Source: Bacteroidota bacterium (GTDB lineage Bacteria; Bacteroidota; Bacteroidia; Bacteroidales; GCA-2748055). Taken from it: a stretch of DNA of 64,000 bases. A program made the translations under genes and the position numbers. The DNA lies in assembly GCA_003648635.1 (NCBI GenBank), contig QMPQ01000001.1, forward strand, positions 8,474-72,473, in the 5' to 3' direction. Below the pieces are notes generated by a model. The model was not told where the DNA came from. It did not search any database and worked only from the letters and a program-made list of their open reading frames with translations. Below, piece after piece: positions 18,056 to 27,623 of the stretch; within the stretch, counting starts at the first letter, position 1, and the number at the start of each line of letters is the position of its first letter.

Positions 18056-18742
18056 TTATTGAGGGGTGTGGGAGCTGATTTTAAAGACAAAGCCCACACC
18101 CCTTTTTGTTTCCAGGGACACGCTGGGCTCGGCTTGAATATATTTTCTTAGTCTGGATATAAACACATCCATGGAACGGCCCAGGAAATAGTCGTTTTGT
18201 CCCCAGAGCTCTTCCAGAATATCCTCCCGTTTTACTACGGTATTCTGATTTTCGATCAGATATTTCAGGAGTTCCGATTCCCTTGGGGTCAGGCTAAAGG
18301 AATTCTTTCCGTCTTCAATCAATAGCTCACCATATTTAATATTGAGGCATCCGATATTAAAAGTGCTTGCATCCTCTTTCCCGGCCCTCTTTAGAATATT
18401 ATTCAATCTGAGCACCAGCTCTTCTGCTTCAAAGGGCTTGGTGATGTAGTCGTCCGCACCGATTTTCAATCCCTTCAACCGATCCTCTTTCTGGTTCTTG
18501 GCCGTTAGGAAGACCACCGGCATGGCAGCATCAAGCTTACGGATCTCTCCGGCCAGTGTAAATCCGTCCATGACTGGCATCATGACATCCAGGATACAAA
18601 GATCCACATGGTTCTCCTGGAAAACCTTTAAGCCATGTTTGCCATGGTTGGCAGTATATACATTAAAACCTGAAAGCTCCAGGTATTGTGCCAGTACTTT
18701 CTGGAGGTCTATGTCATCTTCAACAAGTAACAGGTCCATCAT
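18056..18742 (-). CDS. OmpR/PhoB-family response regulator (receiver plus winged-helix)
   Basis: ORF-track frame 18056..18904, trimmed to MMDLLLVEDD (ATG at 18742 or 18739). The receiver Asp context is LCILDVMMP, and the C-terminal LTPRESELLKYL...ETKRGVGF is a trans_reg_C domain. The start overlaps the kinase 3' end. Confidence 0.85.
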   Translation of the reverse strand: MMDLLLVEDDIDLQKVLAQYLELSGFNVYTANHGKHGLKVFQENHVDLCILDVMMPVMDGFTLAGEIRKLDAAMPVVFLTAKNQKEDRLKGLKIGADDYITKPFEAEELVLRLNNILKRAGKEDASTFNIGCLNIKYGELLIEDGKNSFSLTPRESELLKYLIENQNTVVKREDILEELWGQNDYFLGRSMDVFISRLRKYIQAEPSVSLETKRGVGFVFKISSHTPQ

Positions 18743-20072
18743 CTGTTGGAATTTTAATATGAAAAGTGGTGCCTTCTCCGGGTTTGCTCTGAACTGAGAT
18801 GTTTCCCCCGTGTGCCTCCACAATCTGTTTAACATAATAGAGTCCAAGGCCCAAACCTCTGACCACCCGTTGTTTGGCCTCAGCCCCCCTGTAGAATTTT
18901 TCAAAGAGGTGCTTCAAATCCTCTTTCTTGATGCCTGGTCCGTTATCCGTTACACTGATCCATAAACATTGATCCCTGTCTTTTACCTCCAGCTTGATTT
19001 TACAGGGAGTGTTGCCATAACGAACGGCATTGGAGAAGAGATTGTTCAGGACGGTGGCCATATGAACTTCATCAAGCATATGGGTTTCATTAATTAAGTG
19101 GATATCAAGCAAAATTTCCGGGGCTTCTTTACCCTGTTCCAGCAAAAATCCCTTAACCAGTTGCCTGGTCCAATTCTCCAGCATCAGGTGTTCGGGTTTT
19201 AATTTCACCTGGTCCTTCTCCCAGATGTTGATGTCCAGGATTCGGTCGATGAGTTCCGAAAGGTGTTTGTTCTGTCTCTTGATTAGCCCTGAAAGCTCTT
19301 CCACTCTTTCCGGGCTCTCAATGATCGTCCGGTTACCCAGGGAGCTGGAAGCTACTGAAATGGTGGAGAGGGGAGTTTTAAGCTCATGGGTCATGTTGTT
19401 GATAAAGTCGCTCTTCATCTCCGACAAACGTTTTTGCCGTAGCATATTTCTGAGGGTCAGGATAAAAACAGTAAATACCAGGATCAGGGTACATAGGTCC
19501 AGGACCAGGATCAGCCACATCTCTCTCAGGATCAGTTTTGACCGGTTCACAAAATCGATATAGATACCATAGGAGATATTGAAAAAATTCCGCTCATGGG
19601 TGAAGTTGCCAGCCAGCAAGGCACTTGCAGGGGCTCGTGGCAGCTGAATACCATTTGGATAGACCTGTTGCCGGAAGTTAATATCCACCAGGTAGAGCTC
19701 ATCCACTTGCAGGTGGTAGGTAAACTTAGGATCTACTCCGGCTTTGCTGATATAGTCCCGGAGAAAATACTCGGGATCCCTGTACTGGTTCAGGATCTCA
19801 TGGAAAATCTCTCCGGGTGTTTGGGATAGAGAATCGGGTTCGGAGAACATAAATGCAACGGCCTTGTCGTCCAAAAGGAATAACACGGAATCGAAGTCAA
19901 AATTGTAATCCATGCTATTGAATTTGGACATGCCCTCTTTTACCAGATTTCCAAAGCGGGTATCGAATTGCTCCTTTTTGGTACGGTAGGTCTCGGTGAT
20001 AATTACATACTGCACTGCGATAAGCACAAGCAGTGCAAGGGCGGACAATCCTATGAGAAAACGGCTCTTCAT
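18720..20072 (-). CDS. Sensor histidine kinase (two TM, periplasmic domain, HisKA plus HATPase_c)
   Basis: 450 aa with H-box FINNMTHELKTPL, N-box LNNLFSNAVRY, and G-boxes DNGPGI and GLGLGL. Confidence 0.85.
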   Translation of the reverse strand: MKSRFLIGLSALALLVLIAVQYVIITETYRTKKEQFDTRFGNLVKEGMSKFNSMDYNFDFDSVLFLLDDKAVAFMFSEPDSLSQTPGEIFHEILNQYRDPEYFLRDYISKAGVDPKFTYHLQVDELYLVDINFRQQVYPNGIQLPRAPASALLAGNFTHERNFFNISYGIYIDFVNRSKLILREMWLILVLDLCTLILVFTVFILTLRNMLRQKRLSEMKSDFINNMTHELKTPLSTISVASSSLGNRTIIESPERVEELSGLIKRQNKHLSELIDRILDINIWEKDQVKLKPEHLMLENWTRQLVKGFLLEQGKEAPEILLDIHLINETHMLDEVHMATVLNNLFSNAVRYGNTPCKIKLEVKDRDQCLWISVTDNGPGIKKEDLKHLFEKFYRGAEAKQRVVRGLGLGLYYVKQIVEAHGGNISVQSKPGEGTTFHIKIPTDDGPVTC

Positions 20073-20196
20073 GCGACAATGGTACAGCTAAGATAAGCCC
20101 TTTCCTGCATCGTTAACCTATCATTAACACTGTATTAACCAAGATGCACGGCCTGACGCCCTATTTTTGTTTTAGAAACCAGATAAATACAGCCAT

Positions 20197-20829
20197 ATGA
20201 AAACACAGTCCATATTTAGGATGCTCTCTCTCTCCCTGCTGTTTGTACTGTTGGGATCCGTGGCCATGGCCCAGACAAAAGAAGAAAAGAAAGCCAAGGA
20301 TGCGGAGATGAAAGCCAAGCAGGAGCAGATTGAATTTCAGCGTCAGCAAATGAAAGAACAGCAACTCAAGACCATTGAGTTGGAGCGGGCCTATGCTGAG
20401 CAGGCCAGGGAAGCCTCCAGGTCCAGGAGTTCAGCTCGAGTCTACTCTACCGGTACCGGGTTCCCGGACGAGCCATCCTATTTTATTTACTCTGGCGGCC
20501 AGGAAAACCAGAGTCAGCTTACAATTAGAAACAGCTTTAATGGAGAGACTGATTCATCCGAGGGTGAATTTGATGTGAATGAAAGCACTACGCATATCAG
20601 GTGCACAATCAACGGGAAGGCGCGCTCAGGAAAGATCAATATCAAAGTTCTGTACCCCGGGGGTAAAGTCTTCAAGGATCTGTCCATCACTTCCTCTGCT
20701 GAGATCTCCTTTACCCAGAACATGTCCATCCATAAAGAGGAGAGAAGCAAATACGTGGGAGCCTGGAAATATAAAGTATCTGCTGACAAAGCAGAAGGAA
20801 GCTATACCTTATCGTTTATGACACATTAG
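20197..20829 (+). CDS. Hypothetical secreted protein (signal peptide, K/E/Q-rich coiled-coil segment, beta-rich C-terminal domain)
   Basis: 210 aa with signal ...GSVAMAQ. It is divergent from the two-component operon. I recognised no family. Confidence 0.5.
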   Translation: MKTQSIFRMLSLSLLFVLLGSVAMAQTKEEKKAKDAEMKAKQEQIEFQRQQMKEQQLKTIELERAYAEQAREASRSRSSARVYSTGTGFPDEPSYFIYSGGQENQSQLTIRNSFNGETDSSEGEFDVNESTTHIRCTINGKARSGKINIKVLYPGGKVFKDLSITSSAEISFTQNMSIHKEERSKYVGAWKYKVSADKAEGSYTLSFMTH

Positions 20830-20864
20830 GAGCAAGCATATCGAAGTTCCATTTACGTCCAGAA

Positions 20865-20891
20865 GGCTGTCCCGAAAGAGACAGCCTTTTT
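20865..20891 (+). terminator. Rho-independent terminator (first of a tandem pair)
   Basis: GGCTGTC (20865-20871) pairs with GACAGCC (20880-20886) and is followed by TTTTT. Confidence 0.75.
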
Positions 20892-20897
20892 AAGTTT

Positions 20898-20927
20898 CAG
20901 CGGGAAACTTTCCCGCTGAATTTGTTT
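20898..20927 (+). terminator. Second hairpin/terminator directly after the first
   Basis: CAGCGGGAA (20898-20906) pairs with TTCCCGCTG (20910-20918) across a 3-nt loop and is followed by AATTTGTTT. Confidence 0.5.
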
Positions 20928-21023
20928 AAAGGTTTCTCTTTCTAATGGAGGAGATTATTGTAAGGAAGCCTAAGTTGGTACGAAGTATCAGGTTCAGCGA
21001 CGAACAAAATGCTCCGGAATTGC

Positions 21024-21031
21024 TATATTTG
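21024..21031 (+). promoter_or_regulatory. -7 promoter box (TAnnTTTG) for tatA
   Basis: TATATTTG lies 17 nt upstream of the tatA ATG. Confidence 0.5.
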
Positions 21032-21048
21032 CGTAAATCTTAGCAAGG

Positions 21049-21420
21049 ATGTTTGGGACTATATTATTTATTAGCGGGCAGGAGATCATATTTGCTGTAT
21101 TGATCGCATTGTTGTTGTTTGGATCCAAGGAGATTCCCAAGCTGGCCAGGACATTTGGCAAGGGGATGAAAGAGTTCAGAAAAGCCACCGATGATATCAA
21201 ACGGGAATTTGAAAACAGCACACCGGAGGTGATGGATGATTTTAAGGAGATCAAGAAGAACCTGACCAAAGATGTTAATGATATTAAGAAGAGCCTGACC
21301 AAAGATGCCACTGATATAGGCAAGAATCTCACCAAGGATGCCAATGAGATCGGCAAGAATTTGACCAAGGATGCCAATAAAGTAGCGAAGGGTGTAAAGA
21401 AGAATCTGGATATCGGTTAG
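21049..21420 (+). CDS. tatA: Twin-arginine translocase TatA/TatE family protein with a repetitive C-terminal extension
   Basis: The N-terminus EIIFAVLIALLLFGSKEIPKLARTFGKGMKEFRKA is the canonical TatA TM plus amphipathic-helix signature. The C-terminus carries 11-aa repeats. Confidence 0.8.
   Translation: MFGTILFISGQEIIFAVLIALLLFGSKEIPKLARTFGKGMKEFRKATDDIKREFENSTPEVMDDFKEIKKNLTKDVNDIKKSLTKDATDIGKNLTKDANEIGKNLTKDANKVAKGVKKNLDIG
21256..21387 (+). repeat. Four in-frame tandem 33-bp repeats inside tatA (11-aa unit K-[NS]-L-T-K-D-[VA]-[NT]-x-[IV]-x)
   Basis: The units are 21256-21288, 21289-21321, 21322-21354 and 21355-21387, with degenerate units flanking them. They encode KNLTKDVNDIK / KSLTKDATDIG / KNLTKDANEIG / KNLTKDANKVA. 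Confidence 0.9.
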
Positions 21421-21440
21421 CGCACGAGCCCCCCATACCA

Positions 21441-22376
21441 ATGGCAAAAGTTTACCTCTTACTGTTTGTCGGACTTGCACTACTCTTTGTCAGCGGCAAG
21501 TTCCTGGTGGATAGCAGTGTGGCCATCTCCCGACGCTTAAAGATTCCCCGAATGATAATCGGGCTCACCGTGGTGGCATTTGGAACTTCGGCTCCAGAGT
21601 TGCTTGTGAGTCTTCAGGCCGCATTTTCGGGTTACCCGGAGATTGTCATGGGTAACGTGGTTGGAAGCAACATTTCCAATATCCTCCTGGTCCTGGCCAT
21701 TACTGCTCTTATTTTCCCCATCCCGGTGCCAGCCTCCTCTGTGAAGCGCGACTGGCCCATCATGATGGCGGTCTCCCTGCTTCTCTACATTTTTGCCATG
21801 AATGGATGGATCTCCAGGCTGGAAGGAGTCATCTTTGTAGTCTTGCTCGGACTTTACATCCTTTATTCTGTGCTTCGCGCCAGGAGTGCAAAACGGGTGG
21901 TGGAGCAAGAGATTGACCAGGGTCATATGAAGTGGGGAGTTGCTGGGATCTTATTACTTGTATCAATTGTAGGACTTGCTTTTGGTGCTGATTTGCTTGT
22001 GGAAAATGCTGCCCTGGTTGCAGAAAAGATGGGCATGTCAAAAAGAGTGGTCTCTATCACCATGGTAGCTGTAGGAACCAGTATTCCAGAAGTAGCTACT
22101 AGTGTTATTGCTGCACTGAAGAAAGAGACTGATATCTCAGTAGGAAACATCATCGGTTCCAATATCATGAACATCCTTTCGGTTCTGGGTTTTACCAGCC
22201 TGGTAAGCCCCATAAGTGTTAGTACGGAGATTGCCGGGTTTGATATCCCCTGGATGTTAGGAATCTCCCTGCTTTTTTTGTTGTTGATGCTGCCAGCCTC
22301 CCGTTCACGTATTACCCGGTGGGAGGGTAGTTTAATGATTGTTATCTATCTAGTGTATATTTATTTCTTATTTTGA
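21441..22376 (+). CDS. Calcium/sodium antiporter (CaCA/YrbG family)
   Basis: 311 aa, polytopic, with duplicated alpha-repeat motifs [16 protein letters not shown] and [16 protein letters not shown]. Confidence 0.8.
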   Translation: MAKVYLLLFVGLALLFVSGKFLVDSSVAISRRLKIPRMIIGLTVVAFGTSAPELLVSLQAAFSGYPEIVMGNVVGSNISNILLVLAITALIFPIPVPASSVKRDWPIMMAVSLLLYIFAMNGWISRLEGVIFVVLLGLYILYSVLRARSAKRVVEQEIDQGHMKWGVAGILLLVSIVGLAFGADLLVENAALVAEKMGMSKRVVSITMVAVGTSIPEVATSVIAALKKETDISVGNIIGSNIMNILSVLGFTSLVSPISVSTEIAGFDIPWMLGISLLFLLLMLPASRSRITRWEGSLMIVIYLVYIYFLF

Positions 22377-22380
22377 AAGA

Positions 22381-23031
22381 ATGATCAAGGCCACTGAAAT
22401 CACCAAATCATATGGAAACCTGCAGGTTTTAAAAGGGATTAGTCTTGAGGTTGCTGCTGGAGAGGTGGTCTCTGTGGTGGGGCCCTCGGGTGCAGGTAAA
22501 ACCACATTGCTACAGATTCTCGGAACGCTCAGCAGGCAGGATGCCGGGGATATTACCATGAACGGGATCCGGACCGATCAGCTTACAGGAAGCAAGCTTG
22601 CCCGTTTCAGAAACATGCATATTGGTTTTGTGTTCCAGTTTCACCAGCTCCTCCCGGAATTCAATGCCCATGAGAATGTATGCATTCCTGGATTCATTGC
22701 TAACAGGCCAAGGAAAGAGGTGGAGGAACAGGCCAGGGAGCTGCTTGATTTTCTTGGACTGGAGGACCGTCTTGATCATAAGCCATCGGAGCTTTCTGGA
22801 GGGGAACAACAGCGGGTAGCAGTGGCCAGGGCGTTGATCAATGACCCGGAAGTGATCCTTGCCGATGAACCATCAGGCAACCTGGATACGGAAAACAAGC
22901 AAGAGTTACATAAACTCTTTATGACCTTACGAGATAAGTTTCAGAAAACCCTGGTAATTGTAACCCACGATCATGGCCTGGCCGAAATGGCTGATCGTAT
23001 TATTACCATGAAGGACGGCCGCATCATTTAA
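22381..23031 (+). CDS. ABC transporter ATP-binding protein (LolD/MacB-type)
   Basis: 216 aa with Walker [10 protein letters not shown], signature [15 protein letters not shown] and Walker [12 protein letters not shown]. Confidence 0.8.
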   Translation: MIKATEITKSYGNLQVLKGISLEVAAGEVVSVVGPSGAGKTTLLQILGTLSRQDAGDITMNGIRTDQLTGSKLARFRNMHIGFVFQFHQLLPEFNAHENVCIPGFIANRPRKEVEEQARELLDFLGLEDRLDHKPSELSGGEQQRVAVARALINDPEVILADEPSGNLDTENKQELHKLFMTLRDKFQKTLVIVTHDHGLAEMADRIITMKDGRII

Positions 23032-23045
23032 TCTGGCTGTAGCTT

Positions 23046-24398
23046 TCAGATTTGCAGGTTTGTGTCTGAAATGTTGATCTCCGCTTCCACAAAACGGATA
23101 CCGTATTCTTTTAACTCTTCCAGTACCGGGTTGTAGATCTCTGCCTGGATGGGAAGCTGAACACCTTTCTCCTTGTATTCTCCTTCAAGAATCCTTTTTG
23201 CCACCATGGCCAGGGGCAGACCCACGGTTAGGGACATGGCAGTACGTACGGTGTCCTCACCTATGCAGACCATGGTGGAGTATCTTTTTTTCCGGATTCC
23301 CTCCTTTTCAAAATCGAACTGGTGCTGCATCACGATCATATCTTTGTCATCCGGCTCCAAATGCCATTTTTCCTCCAGAATCTTTTGAAGGACCTTGGCA
23401 GGACTAAGTCCGGCAACACCGACTTTGGTATCATCGAAGATCCCCAGCCACTTCAGCCTGCCCATCATCTCAGAGTCTTTATCAAGCCCCAGATAATTTG
23501 AGAGCTTCTGATCTACAGGAATATCAGTTCGAAAGGCCATGAAGCTGTTGATGAACTCTCTATAGGTCATCTCCTCGGTATCTTCCATGATATAGGTGTC
23601 GTCGGTGGCTCCCAGCTGTACAAAGGTGTCCCAGGCCTCACAAAATCCCGGCCGGCGAATGGTCCCCCGGAACATGGTCTTCAGATTATGAAGCCCGTAG
23701 GTATCCCTGTATGTAAGTGAATCCCTGTTCCCATATACTTCAAACTCACCCAGCTCCGGAACCTTAATTGTCTCGATACGACTAAATACTTTATGATAGG
23801 GGATATACTTGAATTTCCCATTGTGAAGGAAACGCGCACCATCGTGTCCTGCAAGTACAACATTTCTTGGGTTCCAGGTGAATTTATATCGCCAGGGGTT
23901 GTTTTCATAACCCGGGGCAACCAGACCACCCGTGCTGGATTCAAATGCCTGCAGCTCGATTCCCTCTTCCCTGATTTTATGGATCATCTGCATGGCCGAC
24001 ATATGGTCGATCCCCGGATCCACACCACATTCATTCATTAGCACAATTCCCTTCTTCCTGGCTTCACCGTCCAGGGCCCTGATGGCGGGAGAGAGGTAGG
24101 AGGCAGTGACCATATCCTTGGCCAGTTCTACGCAGCATTCGGCCACCAGGTGGTGCATTCTGGCCGGAAGCATGCTAATCACTATGCTTGCCTGCTTAAT
24201 CTCTTGCCTGCGTTGATCAGGATCATGAACATCGAAGCGAAATGTCTCTCCGTTTGCATGGCCATTTACCCGTTCAACAGCATTTTCAAGTTTGATATCT
24301 CCCACACGGATCTTCCATTGATTGTGCGAGTGGTCGAGGAAATATTTTATTAGTGAGGTAGAGGAAAGTCCTGCGCCCAGGATAAGAACTGTCTGCAT
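23046..24398 (-). CDS. Saccharopine dehydrogenase family protein
   Basis: 450 aa with N-terminal Rossmann VLILGAGLSSTS. The length and C-terminal Sacchrp_dh_C-like region are typical of the Bacteroidota enzyme. Confidence 0.75.
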   Translation of the reverse strand: MQTVLILGAGLSSTSLIKYFLDHSHNQWKIRVGDIKLENAVERVNGHANGETFRFDVHDPDQRRQEIKQASIVISMLPARMHHLVAECCVELAKDMVTASYLSPAIRALDGEARKKGIVLMNECGVDPGIDHMSAMQMIHKIREEGIELQAFESSTGGLVAPGYENNPWRYKFTWNPRNVVLAGHDGARFLHNGKFKYIPYHKVFSRIETIKVPELGEFEVYGNRDSLTYRDTYGLHNLKTMFRGTIRRPGFCEAWDTFVQLGATDDTYIMEDTEEMTYREFINSFMAFRTDIPVDQKLSNYLGLDKDSEMMGRLKWLGIFDDTKVGVAGLSPAKVLQKILEEKWHLEPDDKDMIVMQHQFDFEKEGIRKKRYSTMVCIGEDTVRTAMSLTVGLPLAMVAKRILEGEYKEKGVQLPIQAEIYNPVLEELKEYGIRFVEAEINISDTNLQI

Positions 24399-24402
24399 AG
24401 GT

Positions 24403-25002
24403 TTATTTTTTTAACTGAGCCTTCAGGATCTTAGCGATATATTTTCCAATAATGTCAAATTCGAGATTAACTACAGTTCCTACTTTGAACTGATGAAAAT
24501 TGCTTACATCATAGGTAAATGGAATAATGGCTACCTGGAATGTTGATTCCTGTGAGTTCACCACGGTCAGGCTTACTCCGTTCACAGATATGGAACCTTT
24601 CTCCACGGTTATATGCTCCTCTCCTTTGGGTTCATATGAGAAGGTAAAGTACCAACTGCCTTCGGCTTCCTTCACCTTTGTGCAGGTGGCGGTCAGATCC
24701 ACATGGCCCTGTACCATATGCCCATCAAGCCTGGAATCGAGTCGCGTGCTGCGCTCCAGGTTTACCTTATCGCCCACCTGGAGCAATCCCAGGTTCGTTT
24801 TCTGAAGGGTTTCCAGAATAGCGGTAACCGTGTAGTTACCTTCTTCAATACGGACTACCGTAAGACAGACTCCGTTATGTGAGATGCTCTGATCAATTTT
24901 CAACTCATCGGTAAAGGAGCACTGCATGGTAATATGCAGATTCTCCTGCTCTTTTTCTAGACGGACCACTGTGGCGGCCTCTTCAACAATCCCTGAAAAC
25001 AT
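24403..25002 (-). CDS. ribE: Riboflavin synthase (alpha chain)
   Basis: 199 aa with N-terminus MFSGIVEE and the duplicated lumazine-binding repeat (SISHNGVCLTV / SISVNGVSLTV). Confidence 0.9.
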   Translation of the reverse strand: MFSGIVEEAATVVRLEKEQENLHITMQCSFTDELKIDQSISHNGVCLTVVRIEEGNYTVTAILETLQKTNLGLLQVGDKVNLERSTRLDSRLDGHMVQGHVDLTATCTKVKEAEGSWYFTFSYEPKGEEHITVEKGSISVNGVSLTVVNSQESTFQVAIIPFTYDVSNFHQFKVGTVVNLEFDIIGKYIAKILKAQLKK

Positions 25003-25080
25003 ATATTAATGTTAGAGTGTTCGTTTTCGTGGAATAAAGCTATATACAATATTCCAATGAACAGAACCTTGAATATATGT

Positions 25081-26340
25081 TTAAGAAACGTTGAAGGCCT
25101 TCTTGAACCTGTCTACGTAGTCCAGCTTCTCCCAGGTGAAGAGCTCAACTTCGAGGGTCTTTTCTTCCCAGTATGGAGAGTTGAAAGTTTTGGTGACCAT
25201 CTGTGGTGTACGACCCATATGACCATAGGAAGCTGTCTCCAGATAGATGGGAAAGCGCAGCTTCAGTCCCTGTTCAATGGCAGCTGGTCTCAGGTCATAT
25301 ACCTCTTCAATCTTCCTGGCAATCTCACCATCTGTGAGTCCCACGTTTGATTTTCCGTAAGTATTTACAAAAACCCCGATGGGCTCAACCACCCCGATGG
25401 CATAAGAGAGCTGTACAAGGATCTCTTCGGCAATGCCTGCGGCTACAATGTTTTTGGCAATATGACGTGCAGCATATGCTGCTGAACGGTCCACCTTTGA
25501 CGGGTCTTTCCCGGAGAAGGCTCCACCGCCATGGGCCCCTTTGCCTCCATAGGTGTCCACAATGATTTTACGTCCGGTTAAGCCGGTGTCTCCGTGGGGA
25601 CCACCAATTACAAACTTCCCGGTGGGATTTACATGAAGGATGAATTGATCATCGAAAAGCGACTGCAGACGCTCAGGAAGTTGTTTGACCACCCTGGGAA
25701 TCAGAATATCTTTCACATCAGATTTGATCTTCTTCAGCATCCGTTCGTCGTCATTGTCGAACTCATCGTGCTGTGTGGAAATCACAATTGTGTGGACCCT
25801 GAGGGGTTTATCCTGATCGTCATACTCAATAGTGACCTGCGATTTTGAGTCGGGTCGGAGGTAGGTCATCACTTTCTCTTCCCTGCGTATAGCAGCCATC
25901 TCGATCAGCAGTTTGTGACTCAGATCAAGGGGAAGCGGCATATAGTTGTCGGTTTCGTTGGTGGCATAACCGAACATCATGCCCTGGTCGCCAGCTCCCT
26001 GCTCCATGGGATCTTCCCTGTCCACACCCCGGTTGATATCGTGACTCTGTTCATGGATAAGCGTAATCACTCCACAGGAGTTATATTCAAACTGGTAATC
26101 GCTTTTAGTATACCCGATTTTCTTAATGGTCTCTCGGGCCACTTTTTGAACATCAATATAAGTAGAGGTTCGAACCTCCCCGGCCAGCACCACCTGTCCG
26201 GTCGTTACCAGAGTTTCACATGCGACTTTTGATTGTGGATCGAATGCAAGAAATTCGTCCAGCAATGCGTCAGATATCTGATCAGATACTTTATCGGGAT
26301 GACCTTCAGAAACTGACTCGGAAGTAAATAAATATGCCAT
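25081..26340 (-). CDS. metK: S-adenosylmethionine synthase
   Basis: 419 aa with [19 protein letters not shown] and GGGAFSGKD signature blocks. Confidence 0.97.
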   Translation of the reverse strand: MAYLFTSESVSEGHPDKVSDQISDALLDEFLAFDPQSKVACETLVTTGQVVLAGEVRTSTYIDVQKVARETIKKIGYTKSDYQFEYNSCGVITLIHEQSHDINRGVDREDPMEQGAGDQGMMFGYATNETDNYMPLPLDLSHKLLIEMAAIRREEKVMTYLRPDSKSQVTIEYDDQDKPLRVHTIVISTQHDEFDNDDERMLKKIKSDVKDILIPRVVKQLPERLQSLFDDQFILHVNPTGKFVIGGPHGDTGLTGRKIIVDTYGGKGAHGGGAFSGKDPSKVDRSAAYAARHIAKNIVAAGIAEEILVQLSYAIGVVEPIGVFVNTYGKSNVGLTDGEIARKIEEVYDLRPAAIEQGLKLRFPIYLETASYGHMGRTPQMVTKTFNSPYWEEKTLEVELFTWEKLDYVDRFKKAFNVS

Positions 26341-26489
26341 GAATGTATATTGTTAAATGTAACACCTTAAAAATGAGAGAGGTGACTGATCGTCGAAAGG
26401 CGCCTGTTTTAGCATTTTTTTTCGTGGTTGCAATCAGTCAAATTCCTCCACATCGACCCGACAAAGGAAGTAATTTTCGCTTATGTGAC
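26341..26489 (-). promoter_or_regulatory. Long structured 5' leader of metK (candidate SAM-responsive element, class unresolved)
   Basis: About 150 nt lie between the upstream terminator and the metK ATG. Complementary segments are 26379-26390 with 26433-26449. The strings GCAACC (26426-26431 complement) and UGCUAAAAC (26406-26414 complement) recall SAM-I core strings, but no P3 stem is evident. Confidence 0.3.
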
Positions 26490-26517
26490 AAAAAAAAGCA
26501 GCGTAATTAACGCTGCT
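26490..26517 (-). terminator. Rho-independent terminator of the TPR gene
   Basis: The minus strand reads AGCAGCG-TTAATTA-CGCTGCT followed by T8 (the A-run at 26490-26497 on the plus strand). Confidence 0.8.
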
Positions 26518-26540
26518 TTCTTAGGAATATTACGATAGGA

Positions 26541-27521
26541 TCAATAATCACATCCTACAATATCTATTTTCTTTTCGGCCCTGGTCAGGAAAGGATCTTC
26601 TGTCACTTTCTGCAGTGCTTCACAAGCCTCATCGTATTGTTTTGTACTCTGATAGGCTGATCCAAGTTCAAAATTGATGGCGGAGAGCCAGATAGTCTCT
26701 TTTTCATATTGTAGCGCTTTCTGAGCGTATTCAATGGCTTTCTCCGATTGATCAGATTTGTTAGATACCATTGCCAGGTTATAGAGGGCTCGAGGATTGT
26801 TGGGATTTGCAGCAAGTGCATTATCGCAGGCTTCCACCACGTAAGTATAGTCATTCTCCTCAGGATCAATCGCACCTACTTCTTCCATAATGAATTTGTT
26901 GTAGTAAGAGTCAATGACACCATTTATCTGCTCGATGGCTTTGGTATTATTCTTGGACATGGCACCCTCTTTGGCATTTGCGAAGCACTTCAGCATCTCT
27001 TCGGTTTCGTCCTGTTCGAGGTAAACCATTCCTTTACCCTGACAAGCCTGATAGAGATTAGGATTCATGGCTAATGCCTTATCAAAATATGCAACGGCAT
27101 CGTCATATGATTTGTTTTTCCTTTGCGTGTTCCCCTCTCTGACATACAGTTGGGGTAGATAACCAGTGGCTTTCTTACTGATCTCTTCGTTGTTGCCGAA
27201 GAGGGTTGCGGTTTCTACAGTATTCTCCAGGTAGGGAATTGCATTGTCGTATTGTTTCCTTTTCATGAAGGTGGTAGCCTGCCTGTAATATGTTGCAGGA
27301 ATTTGCTTTTCAGCCTGTGCTTTCATATCGTTAGCTTCATCGCCAACTACTTCAGCCATGGTTAGTACCTGATTAAAGTGTTCAAGTGCTACTACATATT
27401 CCTGGCCGTTGAGTTTTTCAACACCGGAATTAAATTCATTAATTACGTCTGTGAGGGTCTGGGCAGACAGTGTACCTGCAAATAGAACTCCTATTAATAT
27501 CGCCAATACTCTAAATTTCAT
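26541..27521 (-). CDS. Tetratricopeptide-repeat protein, secreted
   Basis: ORF-track frame runs to 27542. The likely start is MKFRVLAILIGVLFAGTLSAQ (27521). Multiple TPR-like A/Y/L-spaced repeats are present (AIEYAQKAL, AVAYFDKAL, AIPYLENTV). Confidence 0.7.
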   Translation of the reverse strand: MKFRVLAILIGVLFAGTLSAQTLTDVINEFNSGVEKLNGQEYVVALEHFNQVLTMAEVVGDEANDMKAQAEKQIPATYYRQATTFMKRKQYDNAIPYLENTVETATLFGNNEEISKKATGYLPQLYVREGNTQRKNKSYDDAVAYFDKALAMNPNLYQACQGKGMVYLEQDETEEMLKCFANAKEGAMSKNNTKAIEQINGVIDSYYNKFIMEEVGAIDPEENDYTYVVEACDNALAANPNNPRALYNLAMVSNKSDQSEKAIEYAQKALQYEKETIWLSAINFELGSAYQSTKQYDEACEALQKVTEDPFLTRAEKKIDIVGCDY

Positions 27522-27623
27522 GCTGTCTCGTTTGGTTAACAAAATGAATGGGTAAAAATATAAAAATATTAAACAAATACAATGCCAATTTGTTTAATCG
27601 AGAAATACTTGAAATACAGATAT

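Noticed and set aside
20994-21480. Two long minus-strand ORFs (127 and 138 aa) with striking internal repeats (LVKFLPISLASLVRFLPISVASLV...)
   Set aside because: They are the reverse-complement reading of the tatA 33-bp tandem repeats. The + strand product has an unmistakable TatA N-terminus, so the antisense ORFs are repeat-generated artefacts.
26341-26489. Calling the metK leader a canonical SAM-I riboswitch
   Set aside because: Only two short core-like strings are present (GCAACC, UGCUAAA). The P3 stem is missing, the GGAGGGA/CUGGCCC-type P2 is missing, and no clear P1 UCUUAUC/GAUAAGA is present. It is kept only as an unclassified candidate leader.
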